32,000 nucleotides of DNA from Buchnera aphidicola (Eriosoma harunire) (GTDB lineage Bacteria; Pseudomonadota; Gammaproteobacteria; Enterobacterales; Enterobacteriaceae). Below the pieces are notes generated by a model. The model saw only the letters and a program-made list of their open reading frames with translations. It was not told where the DNA came from and ran no database searches. Below, in pieces: positions 1 through 9,346 of this stretch. The stretch lies in assembly GCA_049942765.1 (NCBI GenBank), contig CP188086.1:595316-627315 (forward strand), read 5' to 3'. Position numbers and translations under genes: made by a program. Within the stretch, counting starts at the first letter, position 1, and each line of letters begins with the position of its first letter.

Positions 1-159
1 TATGCGTATCATATGAATCGAATAAATCAACGTCATAAAAACATATTTCATAATTTAAATAACAAAAAAAATCAAAATCATCAAATTAGTCTAGAAGAAG
101 CATCTGCTAATTTATCAGAATTACTTAATGCTACTAATATTAATAATAAACCCGATTAA
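1..159 (+). CDS. rpoC: 3' end of RNA polymerase beta' subunit (partial; the gene continues upstream of the window)
   Basis: Frame 1 is open from nt 1 to TAA at 157-159. The translated tail ...QISLEEASANLSELLNATNINNKPD resembles the E. coli RpoC C-terminus (..[22 protein letters not shown], recalled from memory). Confidence 0.55.
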   Translation, partial: YAYHMNRINQRHKNIFHNLNNKKNQNHQISLEEASANLSELLNATNINNKPD

Positions 160-180
160 ATATTGAAATTAATTAAATAA

Positions 181-208
181 ACGAGAAAGTTAATTCTTAT
201 TTTCTCGT
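181..208 (+). terminator. Putative intrinsic terminator after rpoC
   Basis: ACGAGAAA (181-188) pairs with TTTCTCGT (201-208). It lies 22 nt after the rpoC stop and is followed by CTATTT. Confidence 0.45.
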
Positions 209-496
209 CTATTTAAATATAGTTAAATATTATTCTTAAATTTATACATATGTATGTAATAATATACATAATTGGATTGATTAATACTTTATTAAATTTT
301 AACGCACATTACAAATGTAGTTATATTACTCATTAATTATCATGAAATATATTATATATAATAATAAAATTAATAAAAATAAATTTATTATTTTGGTACA
401 ATTATTTAAAAATATATTTTGTTGCTATTAATATTATTATCAATAATATAGTAACTATACAACATACCTGTTATTAACAATAACGAATACAAACTA

Positions 497-2095
497 ATGA
501 ATAAAAAAAATTCTATACGACAAGCTTTAATTAGTGTATCAGACAAATCTGGACTTGTTTCATTAGCTCAATCATTAATCAAAAGAAATATAAATATATT
601 TTCTACAGGTGGAACAGAAAAATTTTTAAAAAAAAATAATATCACTACTACCAGTATATCTGAATATACTCAGTTTCCTGAAATAATGAATGGTAAAATT
701 AAAACTATACATCCTAAAATTTACGGAAGTATTTTAGGTAATCCAAACGATGATAGAGATATTATGAATTTTTATAACATTGTTCCTATTGATCTTGTTA
801 TAGTTAATCTGTATCCATTTTCAAAAAAGATTGCTATTGATAATATTTATCATGAAAATATACTTAATTATATCGATATTGGTGGAGTTACATTAATTAG
901 AGCTGCTGCTAAAAACCATCCTAACGTTATGGTGGTAGTTTGTCCATTAGATTATCCATTAATTACCAATTTATTAGATAATAATAATAATACATTTAAC
1001 ATAGAAGACAAGTTCTACATGGCTTGTAAAGCGTTTAAATATACTTCTCAATATGACAAAACTATTTTTGATTACTTAATTCAACATAATATTAAAACAT
1101 CCACAATTCAATTAAAAACACAACCTTTACCCAATTATATAAATATTAAATTGAAAAAAAAACAAGATTTACGTTATGGAGAAAATCATCATCAAAAAGC
1201 AGCTTTGTATTTTAATACATTAGACAATCAACATCATATAACTAATTCTATTTCATCGGCTAAACAAATTCAAGGCAAATTACTATCATATAATAACATA
1301 TCTGATGCAGATATAGCATGGGAATGTGTTCAATCTTTTAAAAATCCTGCCTGTGTTATTGTTAAGCATGGAACTCCATGCGGAGTATCTGAAAGTACTT
1401 CTTTATTAAATGCATATTTATCTGCTTATCATTGCGATAGTATATCCGCATTTGGAGGGGTTATAGCGTTCAATCACATATTAAATAGTATTACAATTCA
1501 TGAAATATTAAAAACACAATTTGTAGAAGTAATTATAGCTGATTCTGTAACAGAATCAGGATTAGAAATTTTAAAACTTAAAAAAAATATTAGAGTAATA
1601 TTATGTAATAAAAATAAAAATAAAAATTGTTATGATATAAAATCAATTCATGGAGGAGGATTCTTAGTCCAAGATAGTGATACAATAGAAACTAATTATA
1701 ATGCATGGAAAAATGTTAGTTTTAAAACACCTACTAATCGGGAATATTTAGATTTGATATTTGCTTGGAAAGTAGTGAAATTTGTTAAATCTAATGCTAT
1801 AGTGTATGTACAAAATCAATCAACAATTAGTATTGGTAGTGGTCAAACAAGTCGAATTGATTCAACAAAAATAGCTACTTCAAAAATAAATGACAAAAAA
1901 CAATCTTTAAAAAACATTGTTATGGCTTCAGATGCTTTTTTACCCTTTAGAGATAATGTTGATGAAGCAATAAAAATAGGTGTATCTTGCATTATTCAAC
2001 CTGGTGGATCTATAAAAGATCAAGAAATTATTCAAGCTGCAAATGAACATAATATAATCATGATTTTTACTAATAAACGTCATTTTAAACATTAA
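497..2095 (+). CDS. purH: Bifunctional AICAR transformylase / IMP cyclohydrolase
   Basis: The 532-aa ORF is colinear with E. coli PurH. Shared motifs include ALISVSDK, STGGT, KTIHPKI, VNLYPF, DIGG, YGEN.HQ, SYNN and the MASDAF.PFRD...QPGGS C-terminus. Confidence 0.95.
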   Translation: MNKKNSIRQALISVSDKSGLVSLAQSLIKRNINIFSTGGTEKFLKKNNITTTSISEYTQFPEIMNGKIKTIHPKIYGSILGNPNDDRDIMNFYNIVPIDLVIVNLYPFSKKIAIDNIYHENILNYIDIGGVTLIRAAAKNHPNVMVVVCPLDYPLITNLLDNNNNTFNIEDKFYMACKAFKYTSQYDKTIFDYLIQHNIKTSTIQLKTQPLPNYINIKLKKKQDLRYGENHHQKAALYFNTLDNQHHITNSISSAKQIQGKLLSYNNISDADIAWECVQSFKNPACVIVKHGTPCGVSESTSLLNAYLSAYHCDSISAFGGVIAFNHILNSITIHEILKTQFVEVIIADSVTESGLEILKLKKNIRVILCNKNKNKNCYDIKSIHGGGFLVQDSDTIETNYNAWKNVSFKTPTNREYLDLIFAWKVVKFVKSNAIVYVQNQSTISIGSGQTSRIDSTKIATSKINDKKQSLKNIVMASDAFLPFRDNVDEAIKIGVSCIIQPGGSIKDQEIIQAANEHNIIMIFTNKRHFKH

Positions 2096-2188
2096 CTTTA
2101 TTTACTTTAATAAAAAATAAAATTCATATTTTATATTTATATAAAATATTAATGATAGTAATATTTTTATGTTTATTATTACTAAAAT

Positions 2189-2331
2189 AGTAAATAATCT
2201 CAGATCTCAAATCAGTTAGTAGATAGTAATTTTGTATGTTAAAAGGATGCTACAAAATTGAATTTTGTAGCATCCTTTTAACATACAAAATTACTATCTA
2301 CTAACTGATTTGAGATCTGAGATTATTTACT
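2189..2331. repeat. Perfect 143-bp palindrome (71-bp arms, single central nt 2260) between convergent purH and metE; the right arm overlaps the metE 3' end
   Basis: 2189-2259 is the exact reverse complement of 2261-2331, checked base by base. The inner core 2241-2279 (AAAAGGATGCTACAAAATT-G-AATTTTGTAGCATCCTTTT) has the form of a bidirectional intrinsic terminator. Confidence 0.95.
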
Positions 2332-4571
2332 GCAATCATCATATTATATAATGATCTCTTTGTTTCCAACCAATCTCTAGTTTTTAAACCACAATCTGGA
2401 TTCACCCATAATCTATTAGATGGAATATATTTCAAAGCTTTTTTTAATGAATTTTCTATCCATTCACTAGGAGGAATATTAGGAGAATGAATATCATAAA
2501 TACCAGGTCCTATTGAGTTAAGATATTTGAATTTTTTAAAACTTTTTAATAATTCCATATTTGATCTTGCTGTTTCAATAGTAATTACATCAGCATCTAA
2601 CAATAATATAGAACTCATAATATCATTAAACTCACAATAACACATATGAGTATGAATTTGAGTACAATCTTTTACTCCAGAAGAAGCTAATTTAAAAGCT
2701 GTTATAGCCCAATCTAAATATTTTTTCCATAAACTTTGACGTAATGGTAAACCTTCTCTTAATGCAGGTTCGTCAATTTGAATAATTTTGATTCCAGAAT
2801 TTTCCAAATCAGCAACTTCATCTCTTAAAGCAAAAGCTAATTGTTTAGCTATGATTTCTTTTGAAATATCTTCTCTTGAAAACGACCATAGTAACATTGT
2901 TACAGGACCAGTTAGCATCCCCTTTACAAATTTATTAGTTAATGACTGTGCATATTTAGTCCATTTAATAGTCATAGGAGATAACCTATAAATGTCTCCA
3001 ACAATAATTGGTGGTTTAACACAACGTGAACCATAACTTTGAACCCATCCATATGAAGTAAATACAAATCCTTCTAATTGTTCTCCAAAATATTCTACCA
3101 TATCGTTTCTTTCAGGCTCTCCATGAACTAAGACATCAATATTAAGGTTTTCCTGTTGATATATAGTATCTTTAATATATTCTGAAATTTGTTCATTATA
3201 GTCTGATAAATTAATTTTTTGTTGTTTAAAATCTGAACGTAACTTTCTTATTTTTATAGTTTGAGGAAAAGATCCAATAGTAGTAGTAGGTAAAATAGGT
3301 AATTTTAATGTATCTTGTTGTATTTGATATCGAATTGTATAACTATTATTTCTACATATATCCCTCTGAACAATATTATCAATTCTTTTTTGAACATCTT
3401 TATTATGAACTAATAAAGAATCTTTTCTTTTTAAGATGGAAGAACTCCATGTTGTAATATCATTAATATTATCATTATTTAATGCATTAGTTAATAATTT
3501 TAATTCAGTACATTTTTGTATAGCAAAAGAAAACCAACTTTTAGTTACAGTATCTAATTTATTTTCTATATTAATATCAATAGGTGTATGTAATAATGAA
3601 CAAGATGATCCAATCCACAAGTTATTTCGACAATTCATAACAGGTTGAATTAATTTAAATAATTTAACCAAATTAGCTTTCCAAATATTCCTACCGTTAA
3701 TTACACCTAAAGATAAAACTAAATTTTTAGATAATAATTGATTAATTTGTGTTAAATTACATTTTTCGGAAATTATATCAATATGTAAACCTTGAATTGG
3801 TAATTTTTGTATAATATCTAAGTTATGTTCAATATTTCCAAAATAAGTAGTTAACAATAAATTATTGATACCATATAAATAATTATAAGCTGTAAAAAAA
3901 GCTTTTTTCCACGTATCTGAAAGTTCGAGTACTAATATAGGTTCATCTATTTGAATCCATTTTATATTTTTTTTTGCTAATGTGTGTAAAATTTTTTTAT
4001 AGACTGGGAGAATATTGTTTAATAAATCTAATCTATTGAATGAATCATCTATTGATTTACCTAACCAAAGATATGTTATAGGTCCTATAATTACTGGTTT
4101 TATATTGCGATTAAAACACATCGATTCATCAATTTCTTCAAATAGTTGAGTCCAAGTAATGTTAAACGATTGATCTTTATTAAATTCTGGTACTATATAA
4201 TGATAATTAGTATTAAACCATTTAGTCATATCAGATGCATGAATTATTTTTTCTTTAAATATTGAACCTCTAGCTATATTAAATAATATATCTAATTTTG
4301 ATAAATTATCATAATTTTTATGACGTTCTGGAATATTACCTAGTAACATACTAGTATGTAATACGTGATCATACCAAGAAAAATCCCCTACGGATAAAAA
4401 ATCTAAATTATTATCTATTTGTATTTTCCAATTTTTATGTCTAATATTGTAGCCAACAGATAACAATTCTTGTTGACTGATATTTTTTTGCCAATATTTT
4501 TCTTGAGCGTGTTTTAATTCTCGATGACATCCAATTCTAGGAAACCCTAAAATATGATTCAATATAGTCAT
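2301..4571 (-). CDS. metE: Cobalamin-independent methionine synthase
   Basis: The 756-aa ORF is full-length colinear with E. coli MetE (753 aa). It starts MTILNHILGFPRIG and carries the C-terminal HTHMCY and W.NPDCGLKTR motifs. Confidence 0.97.
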   Translation of the reverse strand: MTILNHILGFPRIGCHRELKHAQEKYWQKNISQQELLSVGYNIRHKNWKIQIDNNLDFLSVGDFSWYDHVLHTSMLLGNIPERHKNYDNLSKLDILFNIARGSIFKEKIIHASDMTKWFNTNYHYIVPEFNKDQSFNITWTQLFEEIDESMCFNRNIKPVIIGPITYLWLGKSIDDSFNRLDLLNNILPVYKKILHTLAKKNIKWIQIDEPILVLELSDTWKKAFFTAYNYLYGINNLLLTTYFGNIEHNLDIIQKLPIQGLHIDIISEKCNLTQINQLLSKNLVLSLGVINGRNIWKANLVKLFKLIQPVMNCRNNLWIGSSCSLLHTPIDINIENKLDTVTKSWFSFAIQKCTELKLLTNALNNDNINDITTWSSSILKRKDSLLVHNKDVQKRIDNIVQRDICRNNSYTIRYQIQQDTLKLPILPTTTIGSFPQTIKIRKLRSDFKQQKINLSDYNEQISEYIKDTIYQQENLNIDVLVHGEPERNDMVEYFGEQLEGFVFTSYGWVQSYGSRCVKPPIIVGDIYRLSPMTIKWTKYAQSLTNKFVKGMLTGPVTMLLWSFSREDISKEIIAKQLAFALRDEVADLENSGIKIIQIDEPALREGLPLRQSLWKKYLDWAITAFKLASSGVKDCTQIHTHMCYCEFNDIMSSILLLDADVITIETARSNMELLKSFKKFKYLNSIGPGIYDIHSPNIPPSEWIENSLKKALKYIPSNRLWVNPDCGLKTRDWLETKRSLYNMMIAVNNLRSQIS

Positions 4572-5504
4572 ATATTGTCCTTATTATCGATATAATATTA
4601 TATATTTATTTTTGATATTAATAAAAACCAATAATTTTTAATACAATGTTTTATAGAAAAAATAAAACATTAATTAAATATAATTTAGTTGTTTACATAA
4701 ACTATTTTATAATATAAAACATTGAAATACAAAATTTTATATTAAAAAAAACTATTAATATATATACAATATTAATAAGTAATATTTAATTAATAAAAAA
4801 TTAAACAAATTATATAATTAATCAAAATTATATATTTATTAAAATCAATAAAAATATTTAATCTTAATTATTTTAAATAATGTTAAAAACATTTTTCTTA
4901 TTATTAAATTTACAAAATAAAATAAAATAATTTTTATTAACAATAAAAAAGAACTATTATTTAATAATAGAAAATATTTTTTATCATAAAAATAAATTTC
5001 AATATTTATTTAATATAAAACATTTAATATTTATAATTATATATATAAAATAAAAAATCTTTTGATTGTAAAAAATTTTAATAACATCAAATTAAATATG
5101 TTTTTAATAAAAATAATTTGTACTGAAATATATTTTTTTAGTTTATGTTGGTTACATTAATAATAAAAAAATACTCTATTTAACTCTGAATTAATAATAA
5201 CTATTTTTAATAAACATATATCAAAAAACAGATAATAAAATTATTATTTTATTAATAGTATTTATTATTAATAATAAATAATGATATAAATTTAACAAAA
5301 TTAATAATTAACAAAAAAAATAATTTTACTGTATATCGTACAACTAATAACATGAGTAACTTACATTATAATTTATAATAACATCACTAATTTTTATAAA
5401 TAAAATATAAATTAGACAAATATTTTAATTATTTTGTTAATATAATTTTTATTAATTACTTCTAATTGAGGTTAAATATATTTTGAAATTATAATTTACA
5501 GCAT

Positions 5505-6018
5505 TCATAATACATCCTTTACTTGAGATAAATACATATCATAATCATTCATATTATCTCCAAATGTAATATAATTATCTAGAGTGCAACATATTTTAGA
5601 TGAAATAAATTTCAATACTGTAACTTTAGATATATCATAGTGGACTACCATTGCACATCCTATAGCAAAAAAACATTGTATTTTTAAAACTATAGTTTTA
5701 TGATTTCCATTTTTAATAATTGTAATTTATTAATGTTTGAGAATTTAAAAAATATTTTATATATATTATTAAAAATTATAATTTTAAAATTTAATAAGTT
5801 AATTTTAAAAAAATATTACATATGCTATTTTTTAAATTAATATTGTTATGAATATATTATTAATTACGAAATATATTTTCGTAGTAATGTCTAAATTATT
5901 CCTTCTTAAATTACATAAATTGATTATCAATATTATGATAAATATAACAATAAAAAAATAATCTTTGATTAGGATCATGTGTTCGAAATTCATTAGAAAT
6001 TATTACATAAAGTTGCAT
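5505..6018 (-). pseudogene. yigL: Eroded relic of a Cof/YigL-type HAD sugar-phosphatase
   Basis: A minus-strand open stretch 5726->5508 (stop at 5505-5507, no start codon) reads ..GCAMVVHYDISKVTVLKFISSKICCTLDNYITFGDNMNDYDMYL. E. coli YigL reads ..TCLEVMAGGVSKGHALEAVAKKLGYSLKDCIAFGDGMNDAEML (HAD motifs III and IV). A 35-codon ORF at 6018->5911 (MQLYVIISNEFRTH..) sits where the N-terminal DxDGT motif would be, now degenerate. The fragments lie in different frames and the C-terminus is truncated. The position upstream of metE on the same strand matches E. coli yigL-yigM-metR-metE synteny (recalled from memory). Confidence 0.5.
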
Positions 6019-6256
6019 GTTAAAATATTCCACAATAAAAATATATCAGCATAGTATCAAACTGTTATAAGAATAAAATATATATTTTTTAAAAACATTC
6101 AACAAAATTGATTTTTTAAAATCAATAATTTTACATTGAGATGTAAATAATACCCTATCTAAATTACTTACTATAATTTTATACATATATAATACTTAAA
6201 ATAAGTCATTATATTAAATATGTTCCATTAAATAAAAAATTATTTTTTAATATTCC

Positions 6257-6301
6257 AGCATCAACAAAAAAACAATTAATATGAAAGATTTTGCTGATGC
6301 T
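6257..6301 (-). terminator. Possible rpoH terminator hairpin
   Basis: AGCATCAACAAAA (6257-6269) pairs with TTTTGCTGATGCT (6289-6301). The one non-Watson-Crick position is a G-U wobble only in the minus-strand (rpoH) transcript. It lies 27 nt after the rpoH stop. The 19-nt loop is large and the trailing U-tract is weak. Confidence 0.3.
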
Positions 6302-6327
6302 AAACCATTAATAAACAATCAGTAATA

Positions 6328-7197
6328 TTATGCTTCTATAGCTATCTTTAACTTTTCCATCGCAGCTTTTTCTAATTGTCTAACTCGTTCAGCTGATATT
6401 CCATAATCATTAGCTATTTTTTGTAATGTGATTTTATTATTTTCATTTAACCATCTAGCACAAATAATTTTTCTACTTCTTTCATCTAATCGTAATAAAG
6501 CATTAGATAATTTTAAAGTAGCATGTTTTTCCCAGTTATTTTCTTCTAATAAATTAGCAAAATCAGAAGCATGATCTCTTAAATATGGCATATTAGATTT
6601 AACTTTACCTTCTATATAATCATCTTCAGAATGTAAATTAAATGCTATATCTTGAGCTGACATACGAGATTCCATTTCTCTAACATCGTCACTACTAACA
6701 CCTAATTCTTTTGCAACTAAATCTAATTCTGATTTATTAAACCAACCTAATCTTGATTTATTTTTTCTTAAATTAAAGAACAATTTTCTTTGTGATTTTG
6801 TTGTTGCAACTTTTACAATTCTCCAATTTTTTAATACATATTCATGTATTTCTGATTTTATCCAATGAACAGCAAATGATACTAAACGTACTCCTATATC
6901 AGGATTAAATTTTTTAACAGCTTTCATTAAACCTATATTACCTTCTTGAATTAAATCAGCTTGCGGTAAACCATAACCTGAATAATTCCTAGCTACGTGT
7001 ACAACAAATCTTAAATGAGATAAAATAAGTGTTTTAGCAGCATTTAAATCACTATGGTAATACAATCTCTGAGATAAAAATTTTTCTTCTTCCAATGATA
7101 ACATAGGCCAAGAACTAGCAGATCTAATATAAGATTCTAAATTTCCTAACGAAGTAACTGCAAATCTATTTTTTTTATCAATCATTTCATATCTCAT
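6328..7197 (-). CDS. rpoH: RNA polymerase sigma-32 (heat-shock sigma factor)
   Basis: The 289-aa ORF is near-identical in blocks to E. coli RpoH, for example [39 protein letters not shown], the RpoH box [10 protein letters not shown], and [10 protein letters not shown]. The true start may be the internal Met at 7185. Confidence 0.95.
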   Translation of the reverse strand: MRYEMIDKKNRFAVTSLGNLESYIRSASSWPMLSLEEEKFLSQRLYYHSDLNAAKTLILSHLRFVVHVARNYSGYGLPQADLIQEGNIGLMKAVKKFNPDIGVRLVSFAVHWIKSEIHEYVLKNWRIVKVATTKSQRKLFFNLRKNKSRLGWFNKSELDLVAKELGVSSDDVREMESRMSAQDIAFNLHSEDDYIEGKVKSNMPYLRDHASDFANLLEENNWEKHATLKLSNALLRLDERSRKIICARWLNENNKITLQKIANDYGISAERVRQLEKAAMEKLKIAIEA

Positions 7198-7464
7198 ATA
7201 AATGTATTATATTAATATTAATGTTTATTACAGATAAAACTAAAGTAGTTATATTTTATTAATATAATTTAATAATATTAAATCTAATAGTTCTATTTTT
7301 ATAAAAAACATACTTTCTATGAATATGAAAATTGGTAATATTTTTAATAAAATCTATTCATATTATATTGATTAATAATACATTAAATTAATATTGTAAA
7401 ATACATATTTATAAATGAATTAATAATTTTATATAACATTAATTTTTAGTTAATGATAAATTAT

Positions 7465-8391
7465 TTATTTATCAAAAAACGCTTGAATAAAATCATGACT
7501 ATTAAACTCTCTTAAATCTGTAATTTTTTCTCCAATGCCAATATATCTAATTGGAATACAAAAATCATTAGCAAGAGAAAAAATAACACCTCCCTTTGCA
7601 GTGCCATCTAATTTAGTTAATGAAATACCAGTTAATTTTAAAGAATTGTGAAAAAACTTAGTTTGTTGTATGGTATTTTGTCCAGTACTTGCATCTATTA
7701 TTAACATAATTTCATGAGGACTATTCATTATTTTTTTTTTAATAACTCTAATAATTTTTTTTAATTCATTCATTAAATATAATTTATTATGTAATCTACC
7801 TGCCGTATCGATAATCAATATATCAATGTCTTTCGATATTGTATAATCTAATGCATTAAATACCACCGAAGCCGGATCAGATTTAATATTTGTAGATGAA
7901 ATTACTGGAATATTATATAAATCACCCCATCCTTGTAATTGATCAATTGCTGCAGGTCTAAATGTATCAGCAGCTGCTAATACAACTCTTTTACCTTCAA
8001 TACTATATTTTTTAGCTAATTTTCCTATTGTAGTAGTTTTCCCAACTCCATTAACTCCAACTACTAATATAACAAAAGGTTTTTTTTTTATATTAAATTG
8101 AATAGGTTTATCAACTTTATTTAAAATTAAAAACATTTCTTGTTTCAATTGTTCAATAATAAAATTAGTACTATACTTGTTGTGACGATTAATATAATTT
8201 TTTATATTATCAATGATTAATTCTGTAGTTATGATACTCATATCAGATAATAATAATTTTTCTTCAAGTTCTTCAATAAAATCATCATTAGTATTTTTTT
8301 TTAAAAATAAATTAGTTAACCCAGTGCTAAATTTTTTACTAGTTTTATATAAACTGTTTTTTAATCTTGTAAATAAATTATTATTCTTCAT
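7465..8391 (-). CDS. ftsY: Signal recognition particle receptor FtsY (NG domain only)
   Basis: The 308-aa ORF carries GVNGVGKTTTIGKLA, DTAGR, TKLDGTAKGG and the GIGE..DL..F tail. Its N-terminus aligns with the start of the E. coli NG domain, and no acidic A domain is present. Confidence 0.95.
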   Translation of the reverse strand: MKNNNLFTRLKNSLYKTSKKFSTGLTNLFLKKNTNDDFIEELEEKLLLSDMSIITTELIIDNIKNYINRHNKYSTNFIIEQLKQEMFLILNKVDKPIQFNIKKKPFVILVVGVNGVGKTTTIGKLAKKYSIEGKRVVLAAADTFRPAAIDQLQGWGDLYNIPVISSTNIKSDPASVVFNALDYTISKDIDILIIDTAGRLHNKLYLMNELKKIIRVIKKKIMNSPHEIMLIIDASTGQNTIQQTKFFHNSLKLTGISLTKLDGTAKGGVIFSLANDFCIPIRYIGIGEKITDLREFNSHDFIQAFFDK

Positions 8392-8774
8392 AATGTTATA
8401 TTTATGTTATATATTTTAATATTACAACTTAATTGTTGTATTTTATTGATTTTGTAATTTCGATTATTATCCTATAATGCATTATCATACAACAAATCAT
8501 AATATAAATATTGAGTTTAATAATATTACTTAACATTGTTTTTATTAAGATTTGATATATATCAATTAAGAATCACATCTCTAAATTTTAAATTTATTAA
8601 CATTTACGTAATTTAAAAAATAATTACACATATTTAAATTAAAAATTTAATAAAAATGAATTTATCTATTTAAATTAATTCGTTGTGTAAAAATAAACAA
8701 TTTATTTTTAAAATATTTTTATCCGTAATATACATTCAATATATTTTAAATAATGATTTTAAGAGAAACGTAGT

Positions 8775-9346
8775 ATGAAAATTAATGGAAAAAATAATAA
8801 AATTAGAATTATTGGTGGTTTTTTGAAAAACCAATTTATATCAACAAAAAATTTATGTAATGTTAGACCTACTACTAATTTTATGAAAGAGACATTATTT
8901 AATTGGCTAAAATACGATATTATTAATGCTAATTGCCTTGATTGTTTTGCTGGGAGTGGTTCATTAGGTATTGAAGCTATTTCTCGATACGCTAAAAAAG
9001 TTACTTTTATAGATTCAAAAAAAAAACTATTTATTATTTAAAAAGAAATTTAATTCAATTAAATATTCTTAATTATGTTCATCTTATAAATTCCGATATA
9101 TTTTTATGGTTAAAAAAAAATAAAAAAAATTATAACATCATATTTTTAGATCCACCGTTTCAAGAAAATATAATTAATTCAATTATTTTATTATTAGAAC
9201 AATATTCTTTATTTGCATTAAAAACATTTATTTATATAGAAAAACAACATAATTTACAATCTTTACATATTCCAAAAAATTGGTATTTATATAAATTTAA
9301 AAAAAAAAAAAATGTATCTTATTATTTATATATTAGAACAATATAA
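8775..9346 (+). pseudogene. rsmD: 16S rRNA m2G966 methyltransferase RsmD (YhhF), one frameshift in an A10 tract
   Basis: ORF 8775-9041 (IRIIGG, RPTT, ETLFNWL, LDCFAGSGSLGIEA) stops shortly after A10 at 9017-9026. The reading frame that starts at 9026 continues to TAA at 9344-9346. It reads ..IYYLKRNLIQL..NSD...YNIIFLDPPF...IYIE..IPKNW.LYK, colinear with the E. coli RsmD C-terminal half. Confidence 0.8.
9017..9026 (+). repeat. A10 homopolymer at the rsmD frameshift site
   Basis: Counted directly from the sequence. One extra A would put the two halves in frame. Confidence 0.9.

Noticed and set aside
209-496. I checked the rpoC-purH spacer for a small gene relic, for example an HU-like protein.
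   Set aside because: There is no open frame and no recognisable motif on either strand. My recollection of what lies here in related genomes is too uncertain to support a call.
2788-2991. Short ORFs antisense to large conserved genes. They lie at 2788-2991 and 3436-3648 in metE, 8213-8419 in ftsY, 12303-12497 in groEL, 14404-14592 in mnmE, 21090-21287 and 22860-23069 in gyrB, and 26537-26731 in atpA.
   Set aside because: These are shadow ORFs that lie wholly inside well-supported genes on the opposite strand. Their sequences are low-complexity and hydrophobic with no recognisable motifs, as expected by chance in AT-rich DNA.
4645-4671. The AATGTTTTAT-N7-ATAAAACATT inverted repeat upstream of metE, considered as a possible MetR or MetJ site.
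   Set aside because: It matches neither the MetR TGAA-N5-TTCA consensus nor the MetJ AGACGTCT consensus, and no metR or metJ is present in the window. It is mentioned only as context within the gene-desert finding.
6107-6126. Small A/T-only hairpins: 6107-6126 (ATTGATTTT/AAAATCAAT), 11273-11293 (ATATCTATT/AATAGATAT) and similar ones in other spacers.
   Set aside because: The stems are 7-9 bp of pure A/T with very short loops. They are thermodynamically weak and statistically expected, and they have no positional logic.
8552-8565. A 14-bp perfect palindrome TTGATATATATCAA, flanked by direct TTAAGA repeats, in the divergent ftsY/rsmD promoter region.
   Set aside because: It is built only of A/T plus one G:C pair per arm. 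Palindromes of this size around TATATA cores are expected by chance in this composition, and no known operator consensus matches.
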